Assembly: GCF_000143415.4 (NCBI RefSeq)
Contig: NW_003314328.1
Span: 1,020,774-1,081,329, forward strand
DNA length: 60,556 bases
Source: Selaginella moellendorffii
Taxonomy: Eukaryota; Plantae; Lycopodiophyta
Reading direction: 5' to 3'
Below are positions 1-12,053 of this stretch, in pieces (the stretch's first letter is position 1; every line of letters starts with the position of its first letter). The notes under the pieces were generated by a model, which was not told the DNA's origin, ran no database searches, and worked only from the letters and a program-made list of their open reading frames with translations. A program made the translations under genes and the position numbers.

Positions 1-345
1 CTTAGATGATGATTGATCTATGACATCACTAGAGTGTAAACACATTTTAAACTTGCTCACATGGAATGTTAAATAAGTCTTCGAACTTATTAATAAGATC
101 CCCCACACATTACAAAATTGTCCAAGACCTACAATACCATGGAGACAACTTAGCATTACCACCTTCTTTCAGAGACTATTGTGCATATGACAGCTTAAGA
201 AAAACCTTGTTACCAACTAAGTAATTTTGATAACAACAATGCTTATTAGCCAATCTCTTATCTTTTTCTTGAACTTGTCTTATGTTTAACTTTAATAACT
301 CAAACTTATCTTGTATATCCTCTAGGAAATCACAAGCATGAGGTA
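1..345 (-). mobile_element. Degenerate Ty3/gypsy integrase C-terminal relic
   Basis: Minus strand reads FLEDIQDKFELLKLNIRQVQEKDKRLANKH...VGNKVFLKL...KLSPWY...TFHVSKFK with stops. This matches the post-core GPY/F region of gypsy integrases. Confidence 0.75.
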
Positions 346-603
346 TTTGAATCAGGCAAACCTCTCTAATGTTTGCTTCTTCTCAACACTACCTGAATCC
401 AATACAGAAAAGGAAACGACAAGTAAAAAATCCAACCAACCATAAAAGATGAACAGTTAACATCTGAAGATGAGAGCATAGATGGATTTGGGACCTACAT
501 CACAGCCAGTTTGAATTTTGTCCATGCCACAAGCCAAATAGGTGCTCAGTTACCGGGCCCCGCTGAGCTCGCTTAACTGCAAAATAAAATTAGCAGCTAG
601 AAC

Positions 604-2850
604 TTAGGAGAAGCTACTTACGAGTGGGGTATCGGAGTTTCTTAGCGCTGTAGAACTATCTGAAGATCCAGCTTCGTCCCGGCTAGCTTGGGCCGGGAGC
701 AGCTGGAACAGCTCTTCCAGCTTCCTAGCAACAAAGCTCATGCTCGGGCGATCTCTCCCCCGTGGCTTCGTGCAGTCGAGTGCCAGCTGCAGAATCTGTT
801 GCAACAAGCCGCTTCCGCAACTCGTGAAGTCGTACCGGACAGAAAGGTCAGCCACAGCATCAGAAGCTCGATTTTCCTCCACAAGGTTAGACACCCAAGA
901 AACAATGCCTTCTTGCTCCAAACCCTGCTCCTTGATGACAATCTTGCGATCGGTGATAAGCTCCAGCAGCACGACACCGAAGCTATAGACATCGCTCTTG
1001 CTGGTCAGCTGCAGAGTCTGGAAGTACTCTGGATCGAGGTAACCTGGAGTTCCCACAACTGTCACGTTGCTGAGATGAGTTTGACCTGGAACGGGGCCAA
1101 AGAGCGAGAGCCCAAAGTCGGAGACGTGAGCATTCCACTGGCCGTCGAGTAGTACATTTGCAGTCTTAATGTCTCTGTGGATAATCGACGGATTCGAGTA
1201 CTCGTGAAGGTACTCTATACCCCGAGCAGCCTGCAGTGCGATTCTCACTCGACGGACGGCACGCAACTTTAAGTCCAGCTTCTTGAAGAGGCAGTCGTAG
1301 AGAGAGCCATTCTCCATGAACTCAAAAACCAGGAGCCGCTCAGCTTTGCAGTAGCCAACCAAGTTGACGAGGTTGACGTGATTGATTCTCCCAAGCAGCT
1401 CCAGCTCCTTGTCAAACGTGGAACCCGTTCCTGGACTAGCAGCCCTTTTGATGGCTACAACTTGACCGTTTGAAAGTATACCCTTGTACACCACTCCAAA
1501 TGCGCCTCTTCCAAGGATCATATCTTCCCCGTAGTTTCGAGTGGCAACCTGGAGCTCGACACTTGAAAATGCTACGACTCTGTTTGCAAGGTCGTCCCAC
1601 CTGTCGTCTCCACGGGTGGATGCACCAGCCGCACGTCTCCGGCATATGTATCCGGCAACACCTGCTATGGCTGCAACAGCTGCTAAGCCCCCAAGTACAC
1701 CGCCAACTATCCCCACGATGTTCGGACCTGTCTGCTTGTTACCTGTCTTCGAGGGAGATACCACAGTGTTGACTGCATCACACACCCTGTCGCTGGTTTT
1801 GTTGCAAGGGGCAATTTCTGTTTGTCCACTCTCAGTGCATGGACCTTGAGAGCAAGCAAGACACACAGTCTCCTCGTTTGACGTGCAAACACCTGTATTG
1901 TCCACATACTCTTTGCTGTTGCAAGATAGGGAACATAAGCCTCTGTTTGTCTTGACGCTGTCCAGAGTACCAGTGTAGGATCCCCAGCAACGAATAGCTC
2001 CTCCATCCATAGTGACTCCACAGGTGTACCAATCTCCAGCTGCAATGCTTGAGAATGCAGTGCCATTCGGGACTTGCAGCTGTAATTTGGAATTATCACC
2101 CCAACATCTCGCTTCATGCGTGTCTTCTGTCAAGCCGCATGTGTGAAACAATCCCCCGCTGATAGCTTGAAACTTCACTCCATCCGGAGGCTCGCACTGC
2201 TTGTGAGTGTTCTGACCCCAGCATAGCGTCTTCTTTGTACCTCGCTCAATGCCACATACGTGAGCCCTGCCTGCATATATATTCTCGAACGTTGATCCCG
2301 GATCACGAACAGTTACATTCGATGATGTTATCTGGCCCCAGCATGTTGCCTTGGAACTGGACCTGCTCAGGCCGCAAGTGAAGTAATCACCTGCGGTGAC
2401 TTTCCAGAAGTCCTGGTAAGGCGGAGGCTGGCTTTGGCCGAACGCATTGTTCCCCCAGCAGTGCACCAGATCGGAACCGAGCTTGACTGCACAGGCATGC
2501 CACCCACCTGAATTTAAATCCGCGTACCCCACATTCCTGTACTCTTCGCTCACGTTCAGGCCCCAGCAAATCGGGAAATGCGTCTGCTGCTGCAAGCCGC
2601 AGGTGAAGTAACCCCCTCCCGATAACGCGTAGAATGAGATGTCTGAAGGTGGCTCACTCACGATTGGCGACCAATGGGAAGAGCAGACTGCCGTGAGTCT
2701 TGGCAGCTGGAGGCTACAGACAGAGTAGTCGCCAACTGAGACAACTGTGCTAACCCACATGGCTGAAAGAGTGCTCATGTACCCAACTGCGGAGACAAGC
2801 TGGAGGTGGGTGACTCCGAGGAGCACGAGTGAGAATCGAAATCGCTCCAT
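604..2850 (-). CDS. CRINKLY4-family (CR4/ACR4/CCR) receptor-like Ser/Thr kinase, intronless
   Basis: First ATG at 2850 gives a signal peptide (MERFRFSLVLLG...). It is followed by crinkly/RCC1-like repeats (GxxHxCG...CWG), a TNFR-like Cys-rich segment (CLACSQGPC...PCNKTSDRVC), a TM helix (IVGIVGGVLGGLAAVAAIAGVAGYIC-RRR) and a kinase with GRGAFG, VAIK, HRDIKTAN, DFG and GTPGYLDPEY. Confidence 0.93.
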   Translation of the reverse strand: MERFRFSLVLLGVTHLQLVSAVGYMSTLSAMWVSTVVSVGDYSVCSLQLPRLTAVCSSHWSPIVSEPPSDISFYALSGGGYFTCGLQQQTHFPICWGLNVSEEYRNVGYADLNSGGWHACAVKLGSDLVHCWGNNAFGQSQPPPYQDFWKVTAGDYFTCGLSRSSSKATCWGQITSSNVTVRDPGSTFENIYAGRAHVCGIERGTKKTLCWGQNTHKQCEPPDGVKFQAISGGLFHTCGLTEDTHEARCWGDNSKLQLQVPNGTAFSSIAAGDWYTCGVTMDGGAIRCWGSYTGTLDSVKTNRGLCSLSCNSKEYVDNTGVCTSNEETVCLACSQGPCTESGQTEIAPCNKTSDRVCDAVNTVVSPSKTGNKQTGPNIVGIVGGVLGGLAAVAAIAGVAGYICRRRAAGASTRGDDRWDDLANRVVAFSSVELQVATRNYGEDMILGRGAFGVVYKGILSNGQVVAIKRAASPGTGSTFDKELELLGRINHVNLVNLVGYCKAERLLVFEFMENGSLYDCLFKKLDLKLRAVRRVRIALQAARGIEYLHEYSNPSIIHRDIKTANVLLDGQWNAHVSDFGLSLFGPVPGQTHLSNVTVVGTPGYLDPEYFQTLQLTSKSDVYSFGVVLLELITDRKIVIKEQGLEQEGIVSWVSNLVEENRASDAVADLSVRYDFTSCGSGLLQQILQLALDCTKPRGRDRPSMSFVARKLEELFQLLPAQASRDEAGSSDSSTALRNSDTPLVSSFS

Positions 2851-3599
2851 GACCAGTGTTAGGGTCAGGCCGAGGAGTGGATGATCGGGGCAGAGGTCAT
2901 TCTGGGAGTTTGATTTGAGCAACTCGATTTCTGGGTAATGCAGTGACTAAGGATTGTTAAGCTTTCTCAGAAAAAATATATATATATATATTTATGGTGA
3001 AAATAGCCAAACGCGTTTTCAAACGTCCTCAGGAAACTTCGTCATGAAACCAGGTCAAGACTGGCACATTGACATAACTGACTGACTGACTGATACTTCG
3101 AAAGCAAAAGTCTATCAAAGATAAACATTTTCCCACTTAGTTTCCTGATAGTTTTGTACAGGGTGCAGCATGAAAGCAGAACATAACAGAACAGAAACAG
3201 CGGTAATGGCCAGAGCTTCACTTTTAGGCTGGAAATATGCCTGTGCTTCACTTGGACAACTCATCCTTCCTGTTGCTTTTTGAAGTAACTTAGCTATTTG
3301 CTTATTAATTATTAACCTTGGGTCCTTGACAAGCTTTTGACTTGACTAAATAAATAAGCCTCCCTGTTTCGATTGCCGCTTGCTATCCTTGCTCAAATCC
3401 TTCATTGGGACGTAAGGAGTCCGAGATATACTGGTTGTCCAATTTCTCTGTCCGGGTTCCACGTTTCTGTGTATATCCGTATTCACCGCCCTCATCACAG
3501 CCGTAGCGCTATTCCAGTCCGGCTATTCTCAAGACGTCGGACAAACTCAGCATGCAATCATGAACTCCGACCAACTAGCAAAAGAGCGTTAGCGAGGAT

Positions 3600-4075
3600 G
3601 GTACCATCGACTGGCGCAATGGACCTATCGACTTGGTGTTAATTTTGCTCACATCCTGGATAGCACCACAGGGTTCCAAAACGGGTGGATGCAGACCGCC
3701 ACTGCTAAACACCCGCAGACAAAATTTACTATCTACTCCAGGGCGCTCAACTCTCGTTTGGAACTGGGACAACAAATTTATTTGCACTGCACTCCTACAG
3801 CACGATGCGACACAGCACAATGAATCAGGACCGGCCCCCACAAATTGCACGTAGAAGTTGGCCGATGGACAATCCCAAAGACACCTAGAGAACAGCGAAC
3901 ATGCCTGCTGTCTGAACTACAGGTTGAAGATCTGCAGCATTTCGTCCAGCTCTGTTCAGCTTATGGCTTCATCCGTCGACTCGTTCCACAACTCAATTGG
4001 GAGACAAACTCACTTGAGCAGATCATGGGCACACCAGAACTAACAATTTATATACAAGCTTACCTCCGTGATTGA
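3600..4075 (+). mobile_element. Degenerate non-LTR retrotransposon (LINE) ORF2 3' fragment
   Basis: 3845-4075 reads LHVEVGRWTIPKTPREQRTCLL...VEDLQHFVQLCSAYGFIR. This resembles the C-terminal Cys/His motif of LINE ORF2 (ETGR...R.C..C...EDE.HF...CP.Y..IR). The left boundary is approximate. Confidence 0.65.
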
Positions 4076-4779
4076 ACAACGCCCTGACTTCCCCTTCCTC
4101 CTCACGACACCAGCAGCCCACAGATAAGTATTCGTCCCACGCTCTCACAGGGGGCGCTCCCGGACGCAAAACAGGTTGTTGTTGTTGATGCATTCTGGTT
4201 GTGGTGCGTGTCATCCATGTTTGAAGTGCTTGGACTGTCCACTCTTCCTTGTACGCCGGGTGTTGGAGAATCTCCACTGAGGCCGAAGGCTGTAGTCCAG
4301 TACGACGACATCAGCAATTACGCTGCTCATATAGCTTCTGCCAAAGAAATGGCCTTCGCTTACTCAGGAAGAGCTGAAAACGATGACTGATGACGAGAAG
4401 AGTAGCACAGAAGTGATGTTTGCAACAATAGTTGGCGCTGATATCGACACTGTCATCAGTAGTGCAGGGATGGAATTTCAGGAGAGAGTAACTTCCAAAA
4501 ACAGCCAAGACAGAGTCTCATGTAGGAAAGAAGAAAACAAGAGGAGCCGGAGCATGTCTTATGGTGGTGAGAATTCTTCAAAACTAAAGCAAAGGCAAGT
4601 ACTTCTTTTATACTCCTTGTTATGTAAGTTTTTTATAAAAGACTTTCTCATGATAAAAAATCTTCAACACAGGAGCAAAGATATAACATTACTTCAAATG
4701 CTGAAATGCCACTTGACACTTCTCATTTCAACCATGAATATTGGCATATTTTAATGTGTTTTAGAGAAGATCAATCAAA

Positions 4780-5620
4780 GGAACAGTTATCTCTAAAAAG
4801 TCCATAAATTAATGAAAAACTCCAACTGTACCAAGGAAATTATGAAGACCATGCACTAGACTAATTAACCATAACCTAGATCTTTATGGGATCAACTCTC
4901 ACGATTTAAGATATCCAATCTCTTCTAAAAAAACTTCATACTTGGATAACTTGAAGTAAAGCTTGTTTTCCCTTAAAAGTTGCAAAACATTTTACACATA
5001 CATCTTATATTCCTCTATTAAAAACTTGTAGTGACTTATTCTTATCCAGAATGTAGTCTTTGAAACACCCTCTAGCTTGACATAAATTTGATGATACCCT
5101 TACCTCAAATCAATTTTTATAAAATATTCAACACCACAGAGATAATCGAGCAAATCATCGATACAAGGGATTGAAAAAATATTCTTCAGTGTCATATTAT
5201 TTAATCCTTTGTAGTTCATAGAGACTTTCTTTTTGATCATCACCACTAGAGTTGCTTATCTATAACTGCCCTTTTTAAAGGTACTCAACAAACTATCTAT
5301 TAATCTCTTCATCTTCAATGGGATTAGTATGAATCGGTTGTTAATGATAAATAGTAACTTTAGGAACAAAGTCAATCTCATATTGAATCTCACATTCTGG
5401 GGGCAAACTATCAAGCAACACATCTAGAAATATATCATAAAACTCCTTTTGAATGTAATTTATACAAGCCTTATGTCTACAAATATACTCTAAATTAAAC
5501 ATGATCATATTAGAAAGAAATGGGAAAAAAAACTAGCTATCTTATGTATGCAATTCACCAACTCTAAAGTATAAATGAATAGAATATCACTATTGTCTAT
5601 CCTGACAATCTCTTTTATAG
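4780..5620 (-). mobile_element. Degenerate Ty3/gypsy reverse transcriptase relic
   Basis: Minus strand gives LPPECEIQYEIDFVP, FSIPCIDDLLDYLCGVEYFIKIDLR*GYHQI and VLQLLRENKLYFKLSKYE, with many stops. Confidence 0.8.
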
Positions 5621-7249
5621 TACTACCAACTTTGATATCAATGAAAAGAATAAGGAGTGAACCCTAGACCTTTCTTGACCTTTTGTTGCACATCCACGAA
5701 GTTCAAACCTTTGATGAAACATTACACCTTTAGTAGCTCATGGAAAGATTCTAGAAGTAAATGCATAATTGTAAAATTTTAAACACTATGCTTGAATTTT
5801 GAGGATTTCTTGAGTTTTCTTCATTTTTAGGGTAAGAATAGTTGTTTTCTTCTCTTCATATCTGGATTGTTAATTAATTTTGGCAATGAAGCAAATAGCT
5901 TTGTAAATCTTGCTGACCACTTCATTCTAGCATAAAAAAAATTTTAATTCCATGCTTGGAGTGTAGTATGCAAACAAGTTTTCTTCATCTCATATATAAT
6001 AATTATTTCAGAAGCCTGATGCATAATGGAAATTCCCTAATTTTTATTTTTTTTCTTTCTCTAGAGTCATTATATTCGCAATCAATTGATTTACAATGTT
6101 TTTCTCTTGTGCTCTTTTATTTGAAGCATTAAAGAAGTTTCGGGCATTCTTGCATGAATCTGAGCAACACAAGTTGATCTTTCTTTACACAGTTGAATAG
6201 ATCTTGGATAGGGATTTTTATCAAATAAAAATTTAGGAGCTTGTAGCCTGAGATCTTCACTCAAATATATGTTTATTATTTTTAGTGAGGGTTTTGAGTG
6301 CGTTTGAGTGAGATTTTTAGGTTTTATATTTTTTACAAGATTGTTATACATGTTTCTAGCTTTGTAATAAGTCTAGTTTCATGATTTTTTGAGCTTTCTA
6401 TAAGACTTTTAAGGGTTTTTATTTTGAGCCTTGTATCATTGAATGAATGAGAATTTTTTCAAAGGTTAAAGATTTTTCTTGATGTTTTATCCTTTGCATC
6501 ATCTCATGGTTCTTTTTATTGACTTGGAGTGTGTCTAATTTCTTATCTTTCATGTTTAGTTCTTTGATTGAGAGACTTTTATTTGAGTGGAGAGCGAGAT
6601 TTAGTATATAATGAGTGCACAAAAGGCTAGAGTGTTATAGAGAGTGATTCCAGAATTTTTAAGTGATTGGCAAATAAAACCTTGTGATTTGAGCTTTTCA
6701 AACTCTTGATTAACATTGCAATAAGTACATAGTTTTTGCATTTGGCACATCTCAAAGATTTGATGCTCATTTGTATATGCCGTTCAAGTGTTGCTATTAT
6801 ATATATTCCTCTTACACACCCATGACTCAAAGGAAGGTTTTCAAGGCTTAAACACAAATTTAACTACTATATAGCACTATCTACAAATAAGTCTTTATCA
6901 TCCACAATAGATTTCAGAGAGGAGAGCAAACAAAACATTGCACTAATGGCGCTAGGCATCCACTTTCTTTATAGAGCAATGGACCTCCCAGAGTTCTATC
7001 CCATATCAAACTCATGGTCATGTTAACTAGTTTCGAAGCTATTTGAGGTACAACCAAATCATTTAAGATGCTATTCCAAAAATTATTTTTAAGATCCTTG
7101 AAGGCAAATGTAATAGATTGGGCATTTTCCTTGCTTCCAAATAAGTGACGATCATTATTAATGATACAAGTTCCTTAAGTAGTTTAGAATGGAGAAAATT
7201 GACTTGGAGTTGTTTTCATTTTAGCAAATAGTGCAAGAGAGTGTGGTGA

Positions 7250-8700
7250 CTACACTATCCAATTCAAGAAGCATTGATGTGTGTGTTTGCTATAAAGGCT
7301 GATTACAAATGAGAAGCCTGTAGTGTCAACATTTGTCTAAAGACTCAAGTTTGGAGTGCAACATAAAACTTGTGAAGTATCATTTGACCACACATTAGAG
7401 GTGGAGAAGTACATGCTCTTTGAGCTTGGCATGCACCATGACATCCACTCTCATGCAGGCTTCCAAGCCCCAGTGTGTGCCATTGCCCAACCAACACACA
7501 TCATTGAGGACAAAATGTTGGCAGCAATTGAGTTGGCACTCAACAAGCTAAAGGAGTACCAAACACTTGTGTAGTAGTAGGCCCAATAGCAAGAGAAGCT
7601 TGTGGAGGAGCTGCAAGCACTTAGGATTCAAACTGAAACTTGATGTTATTGTTAGTAATATGAAGAATGCAAAGTTGATACACATAACATTGCAAAGTGT
7701 TGGAATCTCTATTCGAAACTTTGACCTCAATATGTCCAACAACAGCCTTCTGTGGATAATAGTTTGTTGGCACCATCATTAGTTGGGTACCAGCAATTAC
7801 TTAACTAGAGAGCTATCAAAGGCACCATCAGCAAATGATTATAGCAAGTTCCCAGTGAACACCATCCATGTGGGTGAGTGACAGCCAAGGTCTCCACACA
7901 AAATTAAAGAAAGTAGCAAACTGCTATTGAAGAGCTAGACCTTCAATGCTTCAGCCCTAGCAAGTTTTTCTCCTCCATCTCTCACTTTCCATAAATAGTA
8001 TTTGGGACCGAAATAAGACCAACACAACTTTTTGAAGGCATTTACAACAACATATGCATCCTCACTTATATCTCAAGATTTGGCATCTGCATGCACTCCA
8101 AACTTAACCAGTATGCCACTAAGAGGGGCCTCCATGATAACAAGTGGCTGCCCAAGCACTCTCATCAATCAAGTCTTAGCAACACTAGTTACAACAATCA
8201 TTAATGCACTTTATCACCAGTTTTTTGGATTTTGGCAGCAACTTGAGACTTCAGTGAGTGGTCTCAATGGTGTGGCTTTGTCTTTAACCCTAGACATAGC
8301 TCTCATTTCAATTATCAATGCTAGAGTTGCCCTTGATCTAGCATTCATTGTCTTGACAACAATTGCAAGCATCAATGTGGAGGCTCTTGTTGACTCAGGC
8401 TCCACCACCAACATCCTCTCTTTGACAATGGCTCAGCAAGCAAGTCTCCAAATCAAGGAGTACTCAAAAGTTATATTGAAGACCTTTTTCAATCACACTG
8501 TCACTCTAGTGGGGATTTGTTGTGGCACTACCTATTTAGTTCATGGCCACAAGTCTGCAATCACCTTTTTTATTGTGGACTATGTTGCTTTGGGAGCATC
8601 TTCACATGTGCTACCAATGATCCTCAACTGGCCATAGCTAAATGCAACTCCATGCTCCTTTGACTTGAGTATAGCCAAATGTAGATTAAATAAGGTAGTG
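7250..8700 (+). mobile_element. Degenerate Ty3/gypsy gag-protease relic
   Basis: ORF 8032-8637 contains the retropepsin motif VEALVDSGSTTNIL and a downstream FFIVD...MILNWP. Flanking sequence is stop-ridden. Boundaries are approximate. Confidence 0.65.
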
Positions 8701-8992
8701 ACCAAGTGACCATTTAAAGGGATAAGTTATGGAATTTTAAATGACACTAGCTAGACCAGAGTTTCCATCTGAGCCAGCAAGTCCCAACAGTGATACCTTG
8801 TTAGAATTTGAGATGCTAAAGTGCAACATGATCGGCCTTTTTTATACCATTTATACAGTCTCACCCTTTGACTATGTGACCAATCACACTTGCTCAGGCT
8901 CCAGCAAACACGAGATCTAGTCAAGATTTTATATGTTCCTCAAATACCCAAGAAAGAGGAGGAGAGCAAAAATGCAATGGCGTCTTTGGGGA

Positions 8993-9050
8993 GTAACTTT
9001 TCTACCTCAGGTTAGGGTGGGGTAACTTTTCTACCGCAGGTTAGGGTGGG
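8993..9050. repeat. 29-bp tandem duplication
   Basis: GTAACTTTTCTACC(T/G)CAGGTTAGGGTGGG occurs twice with one mismatch. Confidence 0.85.
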
Positions 9051-10829
9051 GTGACATAGCAGAACACTCTACAATCTCCCTTCATGCAACTAGAGGTGTT
9101 GGATGTAATTCTTCCTAGCTCTCACTTGCTATCTTTCATTGAGACTCATAATGCCAACTTGAGTGTGCCCTTGGGAGTAGAGGAGGCACCTCTTGAGCAT
9201 ATGAAGAGTCAGGACCAGCCCATAGATGAACCATGGCCACTAGACAAGATCCCTACTCTTTAACATGAGAAAGCATTGTAAGAATTTGCATTGGTGATGG
9301 AGTTTGAGTTTAGGAGAGGGATAGTTATCTTCAAGATTATATCCACCATTCTCTCTATGATGTTGTATTTATCTTGCCTCTACAGGAAATCCTCCAAGGC
9401 ACATGAACTTTATCGTGTGACACATCATCAATGATTTAGAGACTGTTTTCAATTGCGACACCTTCTTTAGACTTTCTAGAGGCCTCTTCTGGGGCTCTCA
9501 ACACTCACATGGAGCAGCCAAATGAGACCCATTCATACGTGAAGCTCCTATAATCACTACTTGCAAAAGGTGGTAACAGTGGCAGATTCATTCTTATAAT
9601 AGCTTGGTTTTCTTCTCCAGCTTTCCAGCACCCAAAGGTCATTGGAATAACAAGATCCCAGTCGAAGCATCACTCAATGAGATCATGGGATCTTTTGTGG
9701 CCAACACCATGGAACTCGTCCACCAGATTCATGATGACTTAGGCCACATTTTAAACTTTAGAGACACACTGTCCCAGTATGCAAGAGCTCTAGACCTTAT
9801 AACACAAACAGAGTTCCAAGCTTTCATTCAAGGTCATAGTGATCCACCTTGACACATTGATGTGACATCCAGCTTTAGAGGCTGACACAACTAGCTTCAC
9901 TGACATTTTTAGCTTCCTTCAAGATGCTCTTCATCCACTTGAAATATGTTACAGCATAGTGACATTCAACATCTCTTGGCATCATCACCACGAAAATCTC
10001 TCACAATGACTTCTTTTCCTCTTCTTTTTTATCTTTTCTTTGCTTTCACTCTTTTCTAGTCTTTCCAAGACTTGTATCCTTGTGGTAGCAACCTCAGATT
10101 TGGATTTCAGTTTTGAGGTGGCATCAACTCTGAATGTTTAGGAGCTCATTCATTTCTTGGCTTTTCTCCCATAGTTTCCAAAATCTTCTCTACATCAGAT
10201 CTATCCACATATTATTACCATCATTCTTAGTCACTTGCAATCATCATTTGATTATTCTAATTCACTACACCTTTGTCCATCACTCACTACATTTGTCTAG
10301 CAAGAGCTTACAATATAAAAAGAAGTTATATGTCCAACCTTCATGAGCAAATAAGATTGATTGGTATATGATTTCACTATATATACTAAGTTAGTTTGCT
10401 GAAGCTAATTTACTTATATTGGCTCAAACTTCAAGATTAATATAATAGATAATATCATAAGGTTTAATCTTTATCATGGTAAGAATTTATATAAATATAC
10501 AATAGAATTTTACTTGAATGACACTGAAAATCTTACATAATGCCTTACCCAATCGCAACTAATCGCATTTATTTATCAATATACATATTAGAAGCTGTTT
10601 CAAAGTTTGAAAATTTAAAATTTTTATTTGAAACTACAATGTGAAATTATAATTTATAGTAGTAGTATCACATAGTATTCAAATTTACAAAGGTATTAAA
10701 GCACTCTACTAATGCATACACGTATGCTTTTACATATCTAAATACAGATCCCAAAAACGTGCACATTCTGGACCGCACCACAATCTCGCATAAGCTTGCT
10801 AGGGCTCGATCAATCGATCATCTGCCGCG

Positions 10830-11775
10830 ATGGATCTCAAATGGGATCAAGGATTTTGGGGCAGCTTCGCCAAGAGAGCCAAGGAGGCACTTTATGAATC
10901 TGGCGGTGCGGCTGCATCGAGGCCACAGGTAAAGCCAATTCGCAAAGATCTTTCTAAATTCTATTGTGATCCGAGGCAGGACGAGCAATCCTCTACCCCG
11001 CAAGCACAAGCTCCTGGTTTGCAAAAAGGGTTTGACGTGATCGCTACTTCACTGTCGCGGATCGGTGATACGCTTGGAAACGCTATAGAGGTATGCGTAG
11101 TGGAATCGAGGTAGAAAAGATTAAATTTGTGACACAGGGAAGCTTGAATGTTCTCGCTCCAGAACCGAAGCACAACGTTAAGTCAAAGACCGCATTGCTC
11201 AAAGAGGAAGCGGAGATCGTCCTCACAAAACCGAATGTGGACGATCAAACTCAACTCAAAGCTTCTCGGGACGTAAGCCCATCACTTCTTTTCTTTCGAG
11301 CTACTCTCCAAATCTTTCTCGATCCAGGTTGCGATGGCGATGGCATCCAAAGTAAAGCTCCTCGTCCGCGAGCTCAAGACCGTGAAGAAGAACCTCGCGG
11401 ATATGAGAGATCGATGCTCGCAGCTCGAGCAAGAGAACCAGCGCCTTCGAGACAGTGTGGAGAAGGGCCCAAGGAGCGAAGACGACGATTTGGTACGTAA
11501 GATCAATCGCTCTAGACTAGATCACTTGAAACAGAGCTTTCTTCTCTTTGATCATCGCTTGGAGAACTTACATGCTGCTTCTTTCCCAGGTGAGAAAGCA
11601 GCTCGAGGCGCTTGTCGCCGAGAAATCGCGACTCTCCCAGCAAAACGCAAACTACGCTCGAGAGAACCAATTCTTGCACGAAGTGATCGAATACCATCGA
11701 TTGACAATGGAAGATGTGAGCTTGCTGGACGAGAGAATCGAAGAAATGGCCGAGACAATGCAAGAAAATGGATGA
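10830..11775 (+). CDS. Conserved plant coiled-coil protein of unknown function (At5g01970/At1g30050-like), 5 exons
   Basis: Exons ~10830-10928, 10980-11090, 11138-11272, 11328-11492 and 11590-11775 with GT-AG introns. The spliced product has [27 protein letters not shown]...[19 protein letters not shown]...[15 protein letters not shown], a motif conserved in this plant family. Confidence 0.85.
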
Positions 11776-12053
11776 TATGAATGATACACAGTTTCCATAT
11801 CCATTCCTTGTGTGTAAAATTCTCCTACCAAAAAGTTTTCATTTGCTAGCATATTCGCTGTTGGGATTCCCTTCCTTCCTCGAAGAAGACGTCGTCTACC
11901 TAGGCGTGATGGGGTGCGTGTAATTCTTTTTTCTAGGTAAGGGAGCGCTAGGGTTTGTGGCGAGAGAGGAAGCACCAAGGCGCTGGATCGGCGCTGCGGC
12001 ACAGACGGTATGACATTCTAGTCCATCAGGCAGTGCTATCGATCGAGGCGACC

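Noticed and set aside
2851-2922. N-terminal extension of the kinase ORF from a TTG start
   Set aside because: The ORF finder used a non-ATG start. The ATG at 2850 directly gives a signal peptide.
4199-4754. Short ORFs downstream of the LINE relic
   Set aside because: No recognisable domain or consistent exon structure.
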